Positions 49,895 to 61,069 of a stretch of DNA of 64,000 nucleotides are shown piece after piece (within the stretch, counting starts at the first letter, position 1; the number at the start of each line of letters is the position of its first letter). A model generated the notes under the pieces. That model saw only the letters and a program-made list of their open reading frames with translations. It did not search any database and was not told where the DNA came from. Origin of the DNA: Hydrolagus colliei. Taxonomy: Eukaryota. The DNA lies in NCBI GenBank assembly GCA_035084275.1, contig CM068742.1, positions 154,132,001 through 154,196,000 on the forward strand, in the 5' to 3' direction. The position numbers and the translations under genes were made by a program.

Positions 49895-52425
49895 GGGGAC
49901 AGGGAGAGTACTGTGGACAGGGAGAGTAGTGGGGACAGGGAGAGTAGTGGGCACATGGAGAGTGATGGAGACAGGGAGCGTGATGAGAAAAAGGAGAGCA
50001 GTGGAGACAGGGAGAGTGATGGAGAAAGGGAGAGTAGTGGGAACAGGGAGAGTAGTGGGGACAGGGAGAGTAGTGGGAACAGGGAGAGTAGTGGGGACAG
50101 GGAGAGTAGTGGGGACAGGGAGAGTAGTGGGGACAGGGAGAGTACTGGGGACAGGGAGAGTAGTGGGGATAGGGAGAGTAGTGGGGACAGGGAGAGTAGT
50201 GGGGACAGGGAGAGTGATGGAGAAAGGGAGAGTAGTGGGAATAGGGAGAGTAGTGGGGACAGGGAGAGTAGTGGGGACAGGGAGAGTAGTGGGGACAGGG
50301 AGAGTACTGGGGACAGGGTGAGTAGTGGGGACAGGGAGAGCAGTGGGGGAAGGGAGAGTGATGGGGACAGGGAGAGTGATGGGGACAGGGAGAGTAGTGG
50401 GGACAGGGAGAGTGATGGCGACAGGGAGAGTGATGGGGACAGGGAGAGTAGTGGGGACAGGGAGTGTAGTGGGGACAGGGAGAGTGATGGAGAAAGGGAG
50501 AGTAGTGGAAATAGGGAGAGTAGTGGGGACATGGAGAGTAGTGGGGACAGGGAGAGTAGTGGAGACAGGGAGAGTAATGGGGACAGGGAGAGTGGTGGGG
50601 ACAGGGAGAGTGATGGAGACAGGGAGAGTAGTGGGGCCAGGGAGAGTAGTGGGGCCAGGGAGAGTAGTGGGGAAAGGGAGAGTAGTGGGGACAGGGAGAG
50701 TGATGGCAACAGGGAGAATAGTGGGGCTAGGGAGAGCAGTGGTGACAGTGAGAGTAGTGGGGACATGGAGAGTGATGGGGACAGGGAGAGCAGTGGGGAC
50801 AGTGAGAGTAGTGGGGACATGGAGAGTGATGGAGAAAGGGAGAGTAGTGGGGACAGGGAGAGTGATGAGGACAGGGAGAGTAGTGGCGCCAGGGAGAGTA
50901 GTGGGGAAAGGGAGAGTAGTGGGGAAAGGGATAGTAGTGGGGACAGGGAGAGTGATGGAGACAGGGAGAGTAGTGGGGACAGGGAGAGTAGTGGGGACAG
51001 TGAGAGTAGTGGGGACATGGAGAGTGATGGAGAAAGGGAGAGTAGTGTGGACAGGGAGAGTAGTGGGGACAGGGAGAGCAGTGGGGATAGAGAGAGTAGT
51101 GGGCACATGGAGAGTGATGGAGACAGGGAGCGTGATGAGAAAAAGGAGAGCAGTGGAGACAGGGAGAGTGATGGAGAAAGGGAGAGTAGTGTGGACAGGG
51201 AGAGTAGTGGGGACAGGGAGAGTAGTGGGGACAGGGAGAGAAGTGGGGACGGGGAGAGTAGTGGGCACATGGAGAGTGAAGGAGACAGGGAGAGTAATGG
51301 GACAGGGAGAGCAATGGGGATAGAGAGAGTAGTGGGGACAGGGAGAGTGATGGCGACAGGGAGCGTGATGAGAAAAAGGAGAGAAGTGGAGACAGGGAGA
51401 GTAGTGGGGACAGGGAGAGTAGTGTGGACAGGGAGAGTAGTGGGGACAGGGAGAGTAGTGGGGACAGGGAGAGCAGTGGGGACAGGGAGAGTAGTGGGGA
51501 CAGGGAGAGTAGTGGGGACAGGGGGAGTAGTGGGGACAGGGGGAGTAGTGGGGACAGGGAGAGTTATGAGAAAAGGAGAGTAGTGGGGACAGGGAGAGTG
51601 ATGCGGAGAGGGAGAGTAGTGGGGACAAGGAGAGTGCTGGGAACCGGGAGAGTAGTGGGGACAGGGAGAGTGATGGGATGAGGGAGAGTAGTGGGGACAG
51701 GGAGATTAGTGGGACGAGGGAGAGTAGTGGGGACAGGGAGAGTAGTGGGGACAGGGAGAGTAGTGGGGACAGGGAGAGTGATGGGGACAGGGAGAGTAGT
51801 GGGGACAGGGAGAGTAGTGGGGACAGGGAGAGTGATGGGGACAGGGAGAGTAGTGGGGACAGGGAGAGTAGTGGTGACAGGGAGAGTGATGGGGAGAGGG
51901 AGAGTAGTGGGGACAGGGAGAGTAGTGGGGACAGGGAGGGTGATGGGGATGGGGAGAGTAGTGGGGACAGGGAGAGTAGTGGGGACAGGGAGAGTGGTGG
52001 GGACAGGGAGAGTAGTGGGAATCAGGGAGAGTGATGGGGAGAGGGAGAGTAGTGGGGACAGGGAGAGTAGTGGGGACAGGGAGGGTGATGGGGACGGGGA
52101 GAGTAGTGGGGACAGGGAGAGTAGTGGGGACAGAGAGAGTAGTGGGGACAGGGAGAGTAGTCGGGACAGTGAGAGTGATAGGGACAGGGAGAGTGATGGG
52201 GACAGTGAGAGTTGTGGGGACAGGGAGAGTAGTGGGGACAGGGAGAGTAGTGGGGACAGGGAGAGTAGTCGGGACAGTGAGAGTGATAGGGACAGGGAGA
52301 GTGATGGGGACAGTGAGAGTTGTGGGGACAGGGAGAGTGATGAAGAAAGGGATAATAGTGGGGACAGGGAGAGTAGTGTGGACAGAGAGTGTAGTGGGGA
52401 CAATGAGAGTGATGAGAAAAAGGAG

Positions 52426-52506
52426 AAAAGCGCCTTGGGACGTCCTCTCGACATGAAAGGCGCTATATAAATGTAAGTTTTGTTTCTTTGTTTGTATGTT
52501 TGTTTG
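52426..52506 (+). mobile_element. ~80-bp L2/SINE 3' tail inserted in the minisatellite
   Basis: agcgccttgggacgtcctctcgacatgaaaggcgctatataaatgtaag + T-rich tail. Confidence 0.8.
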
Positions 52507-52914
52507 AGTAGTGGGGACAGGGAGAGTAGTGGGGACAGGGAGAGTAGTGGGGACAGGGAGAGTAGTGGGGACATGGAGAGTAGTGGGGACAGGGAGAGTA
52601 GTGGGGTCAGAGAGAGTAGTGGGGACAGGGAGAGTAGTGGGGACAGGGAGAGTTGTGGGGACATGGAGAGTTATGAAGAAACAGAGAGTAGTGGTGACTG
52701 GGAGAATAGTGGGGACAGAGTGAGTGATGGGGACAGGGAGAGTGATGGGGACAGAGAGAGTGATGGGGACAGGGAGAGTGATGGCAGTTTCATTATCACG
52801 ATGCTGTGTCTGATGCCCGCAGCTAAATGTCTCTTTCTGCTGGTGATGGGGATCATTCTCATGAGGAAACAAAAGGTTTGCTCATTACCAGAAACGAGCC
52901 CAGAGCTGGGATAG
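52507..52914 (+). pseudogene. SIGLEC15: SIGLEC15-like copy 2, end of stalk + TM (Lys) + short tail, disconnected from C2
   Basis: ...ESDGSFIITMLCLMPAAKCLFLLVMGIILMRKQKVCSLPETSPELG*; Lys codon 52825-52827. Confidence 0.8.
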
Positions 52915-53148
52915 GTTCAGGCTGAGGTGATACATTCTGTTACAGTAGAGCGGGGGTTACGTAAAATCACTTTGGGTAAGCTTAATAAGTAATGGGCAAA
53001 AGGGGGTTTAGGGGAATCCAGCCACAGACTATCCAACCTCAAGCCTCCACACCCGACCAATGCAAGGTACGTACTGAGGCAGGCTACAGCCGGCTGGCCC
53101 GCTCTCCCCGCTCTTCACTCTCATCGCTCTCACTGACTCACTAGAGAC

Positions 53149-53154
53149 AATAAA
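53149..53154 (+). terminator. Candidate polyadenylation signal AATAAA
   Basis: ~235 bp after the TM-exon stop; conserved in the inverted copy at 60830-60835. Confidence 0.35.
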
Positions 53155-53399
53155 ACAGCACCTTACACTACCATAGCTCGGCTCAATCATTTTACCTTTG
53201 GACCTGGAAGGGTTAGGTTTTATGGATACATTAAATATGAATGAAACAACCTGGATTGTACGTTATCAATGAATGATAATGATGAGGATGGTCAACTCGG
53301 AGAGGGGTTGACAATCCGAGGCCGAGAAAACATCGGACTGAGGCGGGAGCTGGCGGCGTCCTCCCAAGTGAGCATGTGGGAGCTCCTGTGGCTCTTGGA

Positions 53400-53850
53400 G
53401 CTCCTGTGGCTCAATGGTGATGGCACGTGTCTTGCAAGCTGGGGAGACCAAGCTGGGGAGACCTGTGTTCGAATCCAGGCAGCTCAGGGTGAAACCTCCA
53501 AAAAAAACCCACAATACTAAAATTGGTCATTTCAATCTACGTCAGTGTGTGGGACACTGCTGTGCGCAATTGGCTGCCGCAATTCGCCGACAAATATATA
53601 CTTATCAACGTCCCAAAGCGCTTCACAGGATATACTGTAAAGTGAATTGACTGTATATTTGTGGGCGAATCGCGGCAGCCAATTGCGCTCAGCAGTGTCC
53701 CACACACAGTCGAGGATTGAAATGACCAATTTTATTATTGTGTTTTTTTGGAGGGATTATTATTAGGCGTGTGGAGTAAGGAAACTTGCCCAAGGTTTCG
53801 CCCTGATCTGCCTGGATTCGAACAAAGGTCTCCCCAGCTTGGTACTACAT
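53400..53850. mobile_element. Tail-to-tail fused pair of tRNA-SINEs forming a long inverted repeat
   Basis: Arm 53448-53600 is the reverse complement of most of 53650-53842; mirrored at ~60135-60590. Confidence 0.8.
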
Positions 53851-54025
53851 GTATTATACCAGGTTCATTGTGAAGCTTGCAATGTTGGTTCACAGTTACT
53901 CTTAACTGTGATACTATTTAATGAGTACAAAATTGTAAATCCTTGAAGTATTTCCCAGCAATGTCTCAGGATGGTTAACAGAAGCCAGTTCCCCTGGTTC
54001 AGTTGGTAACACTAGGACTAGTTGT

Positions 54026-54330
54026 GGAGTCCTGTAGCTCAGTGGTCAGAGCTATTGCCTTACCAGAGAGAGGCCTGGGTTCAATTCCCTGCAGGGAGAA
54101 ACCTTGTACAGGTCTCCATTCGCCACAGGCCTGATAGCAATCCCTCACAAATCAGTAAAGAATTGGTCATTTCAATCCATGACTGTTTGTGGGACACTGC
54201 TGTACGCAATTCGCTGCCTTGTTTTGTTCACAAATATAGTCTTTACAGTATATTCTGTGAAGCGCTTTGAGACAGTCTACAAGACATGAAATGCGCTATA
54301 TTAAATGCTGGGATTATTATTATTATTATT
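54026..54330 (+). mobile_element. Full-length tRNA-derived SINE with L2-type tail
   Basis: A box gtagctcagtgg, B box gggttcaattcc, L2-type tail, (tat)n; near-identical copy at 59654-59958 (-). Confidence 0.8.
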
Positions 54331-54874
54331 GAAGCACACTCAACTCTGGGCCAGAAACAACAACAACAACTTTGATTTATATAACGCCCTCCACGCCGGA
54401 CGGCGTCTCAGCTCTCAGAGGTTTACAACAGCGGATCCCGGGACAGAGCCAGGGGGAGGGGCAGAAAGCACGGAGACCAAAAGCAAGGTCACCTTTCAGT
54501 TGTGACCTGAAACTGGGAAGAGAGGGGGCGATGCAAAGCGAGTGAGGAAGGGAGTTCCAGAGTCTCGGGGAGTAGTGGCTGAAGGCCTGGCCGCCGAGGG
54601 TGGAGAGGAGGATGGAGCGGAGTAAGCTCTTGGTACCTGCTAATCCTATATTACCCTGCCCTTGCTACATCCATTGCCTACTTCAAGTCACGTCTACTCA
54701 TTGATCACACCTTCGATCACCCCCCGAACCCTCCCTGATCTGAACCCTCTACAGCTTGGGAGGAAATCCATGACTGTCTAGTGTCTTGGGATGTCCTTCT
54801 GATGTGAAAGGCATTTTACAAATATAATTTGGTATTGTGTTGTTCAATTGACTACTGCGTTTGCTGACAAATTG

Positions 54875-55690
54875 AAGTTTAATACAGAGAAGTGTGAGGT
54901 GATGCATTTTGGGAGAAGAAATGAAGGGAGGCAATATAGGCTAGATAGTACAATTTTAAATGGTGTGAAGGAACAGAGAGACCTGGGGATTTGTGTTAGT
55001 GACTCGTTGAAGTGGCAGGACAGGTAGACAAGGCTGTTAAGAAGGCATATGGGATACTAGGCTTTATAAATAGGGGTATAGAGTACAAACGTCAGGAAGT
55101 GCTGACTAACCTCTATAAGAGTTTGGTGAGGCCTCAGCTGGAATACTGTGTTCAATTCTGGTCACCACACTACAGAAAGGATGTGAAGACATTGGAAAGG
55201 GTACACGGAAGATTTACTAGGATGGTGCCAGGATTGAGGGCCTTCAGCTATGAGGAGAGGCTAGATAGGCTAGGGTTATTCTCTCTGGAGCAGAGAAGAT
55301 TGAGGGGAGACCTCATAGAGGTTTATAAGATCATGAGGGGTTTCGACAGGGCAAATAAAGAAAAACTATTTCCACTCGTGGGCGAATCTGTGAATCGTGG
55401 TCACAGATTTAAAATAGATTCAAGGCGAAGTAGAGGGGAGCTGAGGAGAATTTTTTTCACTCAGCGAGTTGTTCGAATCTGGAATGCATTGCCTGAAAAG
55501 GTGGTGGAGGCTGATTCGATAACAACTTTTAAAAGGGAATTAGATCTTTATTTATGGAGAACAGGTCTATTAGGCTATGGGGAGCGGGCAGGGCAGTGGG
55601 ATTGAATCGCTCTTTTCAAAGAGCCGGCACAGACTAGATGGGCCGAATGGCCTCCTTTTGTGCCGTAAAATTCTATGAATCTATGAATCT
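54875..55690 (+). mobile_element. Young CR1 3' fragment with 6-bp TSD
   Basis: TSD aaattg at 54869-54874 and 55691-55696; empty site at ~30178. Confidence 0.95.
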
Positions 55691-56846
55691 AAATTGCATT
55701 TTAAAATGTTAGATGAAATTCAATTCATAATTTAATAATAAATAATGATTTCTATGAAAGTTATGTAACAAGTTAACAATTTTCTCTTTTACCCAAACAG
55801 ACAAAGTGAAGATTGTCCAACTCTGGTCTCCTGCTCCATTCTTGTGGCTGAGCGACTGTTCACTGAATTCACTGTGATCTTGTTCTCCACTTCAGTACAG
55901 ACAGTTTCTTCTTCAAGCTGCTGGATAGAGGTGTCACTGCTATTATCAGAGTACAGAGAATCTGATCTCCGATATCAGGCTATATAGAGGTGTCACTGCT
56001 TATTACAGGCCATATAATCATAATAATTCTTGCATTTGGTAATGCACTTTTCATGTCTTCTAGACCTCTCAAAGCATTTCACAGAACAATCTCTAAAGTG
56101 AATTGAATGTATATTTGTGGGCGAAATGTGGCAGCCAATTGGGCTCAGCCATTGTGGATTCAGTGACCAAATATTGTTTGTCTCTTGAGGGATTATCATC
56201 AGGCCTGTGGAGTATGGAAACATGCCCAAGGCTTCACCCTGCTGGGAATCTTGTTTGAGGGGTGAGTGCTCTAACCACTGAACTACAGAACTTCACCATA
56301 TAGAGGTGTCATTGCTAATAACCATTGCTAATAGCTGATGGTTAAGCTTTGCTCTGTATATTTTTTACTGATCCACAATAAAGGTTATTTGCCTGAATAA
56401 AATGTGTCTGTGATTCCAAGTGAACCTCACGAGGGGAAGAGTGGCCGAGGTTAATAACAAGCCTTGAGTTAATCCAGGGCTACTAACTCCACTTACAACT
56501 TGCTTTACAGACAGAGTGGGAGTCATTTGGGAGATTGGGGTGCGATTGAGGAGGCACAGTTAATTAAATAGATGTGGTTTGGAGGGCATGGGGGGTTGGG
56601 GAATGGGGAGGGGATGGAATGGGGTGATGAGATGAAAACTATCTTGCATTTATACAGTGCCCTACACATATAATTACGTCTCTGAGCGCCACACAGTGGT
56701 GGAGGTGGACACTGAGCTGGGAGTAGATGGATGAGGAGTGGATGTTGCTGGCTGTATTTGTGGTGGAACGGTTGGGATTTATAATAAATAATAAGTGAAC
56801 AGTTGTGTCAGTGTGAAGCAGGCACATGAGGGGAAGGGGTGCAGAG

Positions 56847-56903
56847 ATGATGCTGGGAGGTGTGGTCTGTACCCTGGTCCCATCAGCCTCTGCCATGGTT
56901 TAG
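56847..56903 (+). pseudogene. SIGLEC15: Degenerate leader exon of the next tandem copy
   Basis: MMLGGVVCTLVPSASAMV*; phase-1 donor lost; followed by the inversion junction at ~57.1 kb. Confidence 0.6.
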
Positions 56904-58014
56904 CAGTGACCTAATAGAGGATAAGAATAGGGGACATAGCAATAGATTCTTTCTGCTGATCAGCCAGTTAGTTACAAGAGGAACATATCTAAACCTATGA
57001 CAAAAAAAGGAACTAAGGGGAGAGGTTGTAACCCTGTCTTTACACAGAAGGGCTGCATTTATGGAATTTTCTTAATAGGGATGACTAACCGCAGAAAATG
57101 GTACCAAACAATCGACTAACAACTGGGTTCGTACCCATTGCTGGGTAAACAGAGGCGTGTGGAGTAAGGTAGTTTGCCCAATGTTTTTCCTGCCCAAATA
57201 TCAAACCCAGGTCCTCTGGAATGCAAGGCAAGTTCCCCAAGCTACAGGATGTACTAAGCTACCAACTAGTCCCACTGTCTCGCTCTTACCCCAGAGCCCT
57301 GAAAATGTTTCCTTTTTACGTATCTATTCAATTTCCCTTCAGGCAGAGCAATTACAGACTTTTAGACTCCGCTTGATACCAATGTATTGGGGGGCGAGGG
57401 GTTGGTAGGGATTAGGGGGTGATTGGGGGGTTCAGTAAGGATAAGATTAGATGGGAATTCTTCATTCAGACCAATCCTGTGATTTTGTGAAAACCACATT
57501 ACATGTCAATGGCAAGATACCGGCTGCTTGTCCAGCTAGGATCACCCTAACTTTGGCTGAAGCTTTAACGGGAGGCAAGTGAGAAGAATCCGTGGCCCCA
57601 GTAACAGCTTCCACTGTTTCATATCAAGTTTCTTGTGCTAATTATCACGTGAGGCGAAGCTTTAGCAACTCTGCCCCCAACCTCTGGAACTCGATTCCGC
57701 AATCCCTCCGCCTGGCTCCCTCCCTGGCCTCCTTCAAGTCTTGCCTCAAGTCTCTCCTCTTCGATGGTCCCATTGACCACTCCTAATTCCTCCCGTCCCT
57801 CCCACTTGTCCCCAGCTCAGGTCTGACATACTGACTGTCCAGAGCTTTGGGATGTCTTCCTGACTTGCGAGGCACTATTCAAGTGTAATTTTGTTGTTGT
57901 TGTTGAGGCACAGGGTAAGGAATGAGACAAACCTTGTCTGTAATGAATCTCCAGTGAAGATTAACCTGATTATTTACCCCTTTCCATGTCCCACAGAGAC
58001 AAGAGATTTCTTAC

Positions 58015-58397
58015 CAACAACCAGCAGCTGTGACGTGTCCTGTGTCACCTGTTCCTGTTGTTCTCCGCCATAGATAAACATGACGTGTACGTTACAGAAA
58101 TACCGGTCGGTGTCGTTTAACTCCAGGTCCCTGATCCTCAGGGAAGCGTCTCCATCCCTCACATTCCTGACCAGGTTATAGCGATTTCCTTCATTCACTG
58201 TCTCTGAGTCCGTGGGGTTGGAGCGGGAGGTGAGGTCAACAGTGTCATTAGTAACTGGCTGCCCTTGTGCCTCCCTCTCCTCCAAATCACTGTGACTGTG
58301 GCAGGATTCTGGTGTGTGTTGGGCCTGGTGAAGGAGCAGGGCAGTGTGGCATCACCTCCCTTGGTACCAGTCACTGACGGGAGCTTCTCTTCATGAC
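58015..58397 (-). pseudogene. SIGLEC15: SIGLEC15-like copy 3, V-set exon 2 (1-bp deletion)
   Basis: 383 bp against 384; frameshift near 58269 splits ORFs 58195-58494 and 57974-58285. Confidence 0.85.
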
Positions 58398-58689
58398 CTG
58401 AGGCAGGAACAGGATTGGAATAGTGCAGAGCAGTCAGTGAGACACAGTACATGTTACACACATGTGAGGAGCCTTGGCAAATAGACATTCCCACAGTGAC
58501 AGGTCAGTGTACAGCACAGCCCTCCCTCCCATCAGCCGCTCACTCACTGTCCCTGCCAGCCCCTGTTACACACCTTCCTTCACTGGGAACACTCGCTCCC
58601 TATTGCCCGTCCTGGGCGAGACACTTCCCACTGACTCCGGCACCAGTGAGGATCATCACGTCTCATTCCCACTTCCCATCGTTCCTCAC

Positions 58690-59110
58690 CTGTAACATAC
58701 AGACATGTATCTGGGGTCAGTTTCAAACTGTCTGCCCTCACCCTGGAGCTCCACATGACAGTTGAACTTTTGAACAGTTGACAATTGAACAGGAGAAAGT
58801 CTTATTATTGTCCTCTCCCCTCAGCTGGTTTATCTGTATTGTAGCGTCGTTCCTCCTCGGGTTCCCAACCACTCGGTGTCGATCTCTCTCGTTTACATCA
58901 ATGACATTTTGATACTTTCCCTGTGAATCTGGCCTATAGTTTGTATATTTAAAATACACAGGACCAGCCCAGCCTCCCTTCCACATGATGGTGATGTTGC
59001 CTGTGTATCTGGAGTGAGGGTGAGTGAACTTGCAGTACATGATGACTGGTGACCCTAACCTGCCAGTCACTGTATCAGGGTCTCCATTGTCCAGCCATTC
59101 ACACTGATCC
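58690..59110 (-). pseudogene. SIGLEC15: SIGLEC15-like copy 3, V-set exon 1 (shared frameshifts, 31-bp insertion, Arg to His)
   Basis: 421 bp; GNPRRND present; tgtcatgtggag (CHVE); no leader upstream. Confidence 0.85.
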
Positions 59111-61069
59111 CTGTGAGGACACACATGGTGTAATGTGAACCAGAACACAATATAAAAGCAAACAGGCAACACTGAGCTAGGACAAGAGTTTGGTTAGGTC
59201 ACAGCTTGGAGTAATGTGGACAGTTTGGACATCCCCTGATAGAATGATATAAAAGTAATGGAAAAGATGCACCTGAACCAGTTAACTTCGCTCCCCCGTT
59301 ACCCAGTCCTTGGATGTAGCAAGGGCAGGGTAATATAGGATTAGCAGATACCAAGAGCTTACTCCGCTCCATCCTCCTCTCCACCCTCGGCGGCCGTGCC
59401 TTCAGCCACTACTCCCCGAGACTCTGGAACTCCCTTCCTCACTCCCTTTGCATCGCCCCCTCTCTTCCCAGTTTCAGGTCACAACTGAAAGGTGACCTTG
59501 CTTTTGGTCTCCGTGCTTTCTGCCCCTCCCCCTGGCTCTGTCCCGGGATCCGCTGTTGTAAACCTCTGAGAGCTGAGACGCCGTCCGGCGTGGAGGGCGT
59601 TATATAAATCAAAGTTGTTGTTGTTGTTTCTGGCCCAGAGTTGAGTGTGCTTCAATAATAATAATAATAATCCCAGCATTTAATATAGCGCATTTCATGT
59701 CTTCTAGACTGTCTCAAAGCGCTTCACAGAATATACTGTAAAGACTATACTTGTGAACAAAACAAGGCAGCGAATTGCGTACAGCAGTGTCCCACAAACA
59801 GTCATGGATTGAAATGACCAATTTTTTACTGATTTGTGAGGGATTGCTATCAGGCCTGTGGCGAATGGAGACCTGTACAAGGTTTCTCCCTGCCGGGAAT
59901 TGAACCCAGGCCTCTCTCTGGTAAGGCAATAGCTCTGACCACTGAGCTACAGGACTCCACAACTAGTCCTAGTGTTACCAACTGAACCAGGGGAACTGGC
60001 TTCTGTTAACCATCCTGAGACATTGCTGGGAAATACTTCAAGGATTTACAATTTTGTACTCATTAAATAGTATCACAGTTAAGAGTAACTGTGAACCAAC
60101 ATTGCAAGCTTCACAATGAACCTGGTATAATACATGTAGTACCAAGCTGGGGAGACCTTTGTTCGAATCCAGGCATATCAGGGCGAAACCTTGGGCAAGT
60201 TTCCTTACTCCACACGCCTAATAATAATCCCTCCAAAAAAACACGATGATAAAATTGGTCATTTCAATCCTCGACTGTGTGTGGGACACTGCTGTGCGCA
60301 ATTGGCTGCCGCGATTCGCCCACAAATATACAGTCAATTCACTTTACAGTATATTCTGTGAAGCGCATTGGGACGTTGATAAGTATATAATTGTCGGCGA
60401 ATTGCGGCAGCCAATTGCGCACATCAGTGTCCCACACACTGACGTAGATTGAAATGACCAATTTTAGTATTGTGTTTTTTTTGGGGAGGTTTCGCCCTGA
60501 GCTGCCTGGATTCGAACACAGGTCTCCACAGCTTGGTCTCCCCAGCTTGCAAGACACGTGCTCTCACCATTGAGCCACAGGAGCTCCAAGAGCCACAGGA
60601 GCTCCCACATGCTCACTTGGGAGGACGCCACCAACTCCCGCCTAAGTCCGATGTTTCCTCGGCCTCGGATTGTCAACCCCTCTCCGAGTTGACCATCCTC
60701 ATCATTATCATTCATTGATAAAGTACAATCCAGATTGTTTCGTTCATATTTACTGTATCCATAAAACCTAACCCTTCCAGGACCAAAGGTAAAATGATTG
60801 AGCCGAGCTATGGTAGTGTAAGGTGCTGTTTTATTGTCTCTAGTGAGTCAGTGAGAGCGATGAGAGTGAAGAGCGGGGAGAGCGGTCCAGCCGGCTGTAG
60901 CCTGCCTCAGTACGTACCTTGCATTGGTCGGGTGTGGAGGCTTGAGGTTGGATAGTCTGTGGCTGGATTCCCCTAAACCCCCTTTTGCCCATTACTTATT
61001 AAGCTTACCCAAAGTGATTTTACGTAACCCCCGCTCTACTGTAACAGAATGTATCACCTCAGCCTGAAC

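Larger units (their letters stand above)
44250..52785 (+). repeat. 18-bp G-rich minisatellite (GGGGACAGGGAGAGTAGT)n, roughly 400 units
   Basis: Directly visible tandem array with variant units; interrupted by CR1 (48851-49894) and an L2/SINE tail (~52426-52506). Confidence 0.97.

Noticed and set aside
52500-52512. Rescue of the TM by splicing from the C2 donor (44207) to the T-rich acceptor at the inserted tail
   Set aside because: The donor is phase 0 while both nearby AGs are phase 2 relative to the TM frame.
44250-52785. CRISPR-like or DSPP/trichohyalin-type gene
   Set aside because: No unique spacers; eukaryotic context; the repeat is embedded in an Ig-receptor exon, so any similarity to DSPP is compositional.
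54026-54100. tRNA gene
   Set aside because: A/B boxes are present but run into a SINE body and tail; no complete cloverleaf.
54305-54505. Signal-peptide-like ORF MLGLLLLLLKHTQLWARNNNNN (also 59479-59679)
   Set aside because: Made of the (TAT)n SINE tail and the reversed (TTG)n L2 tail.
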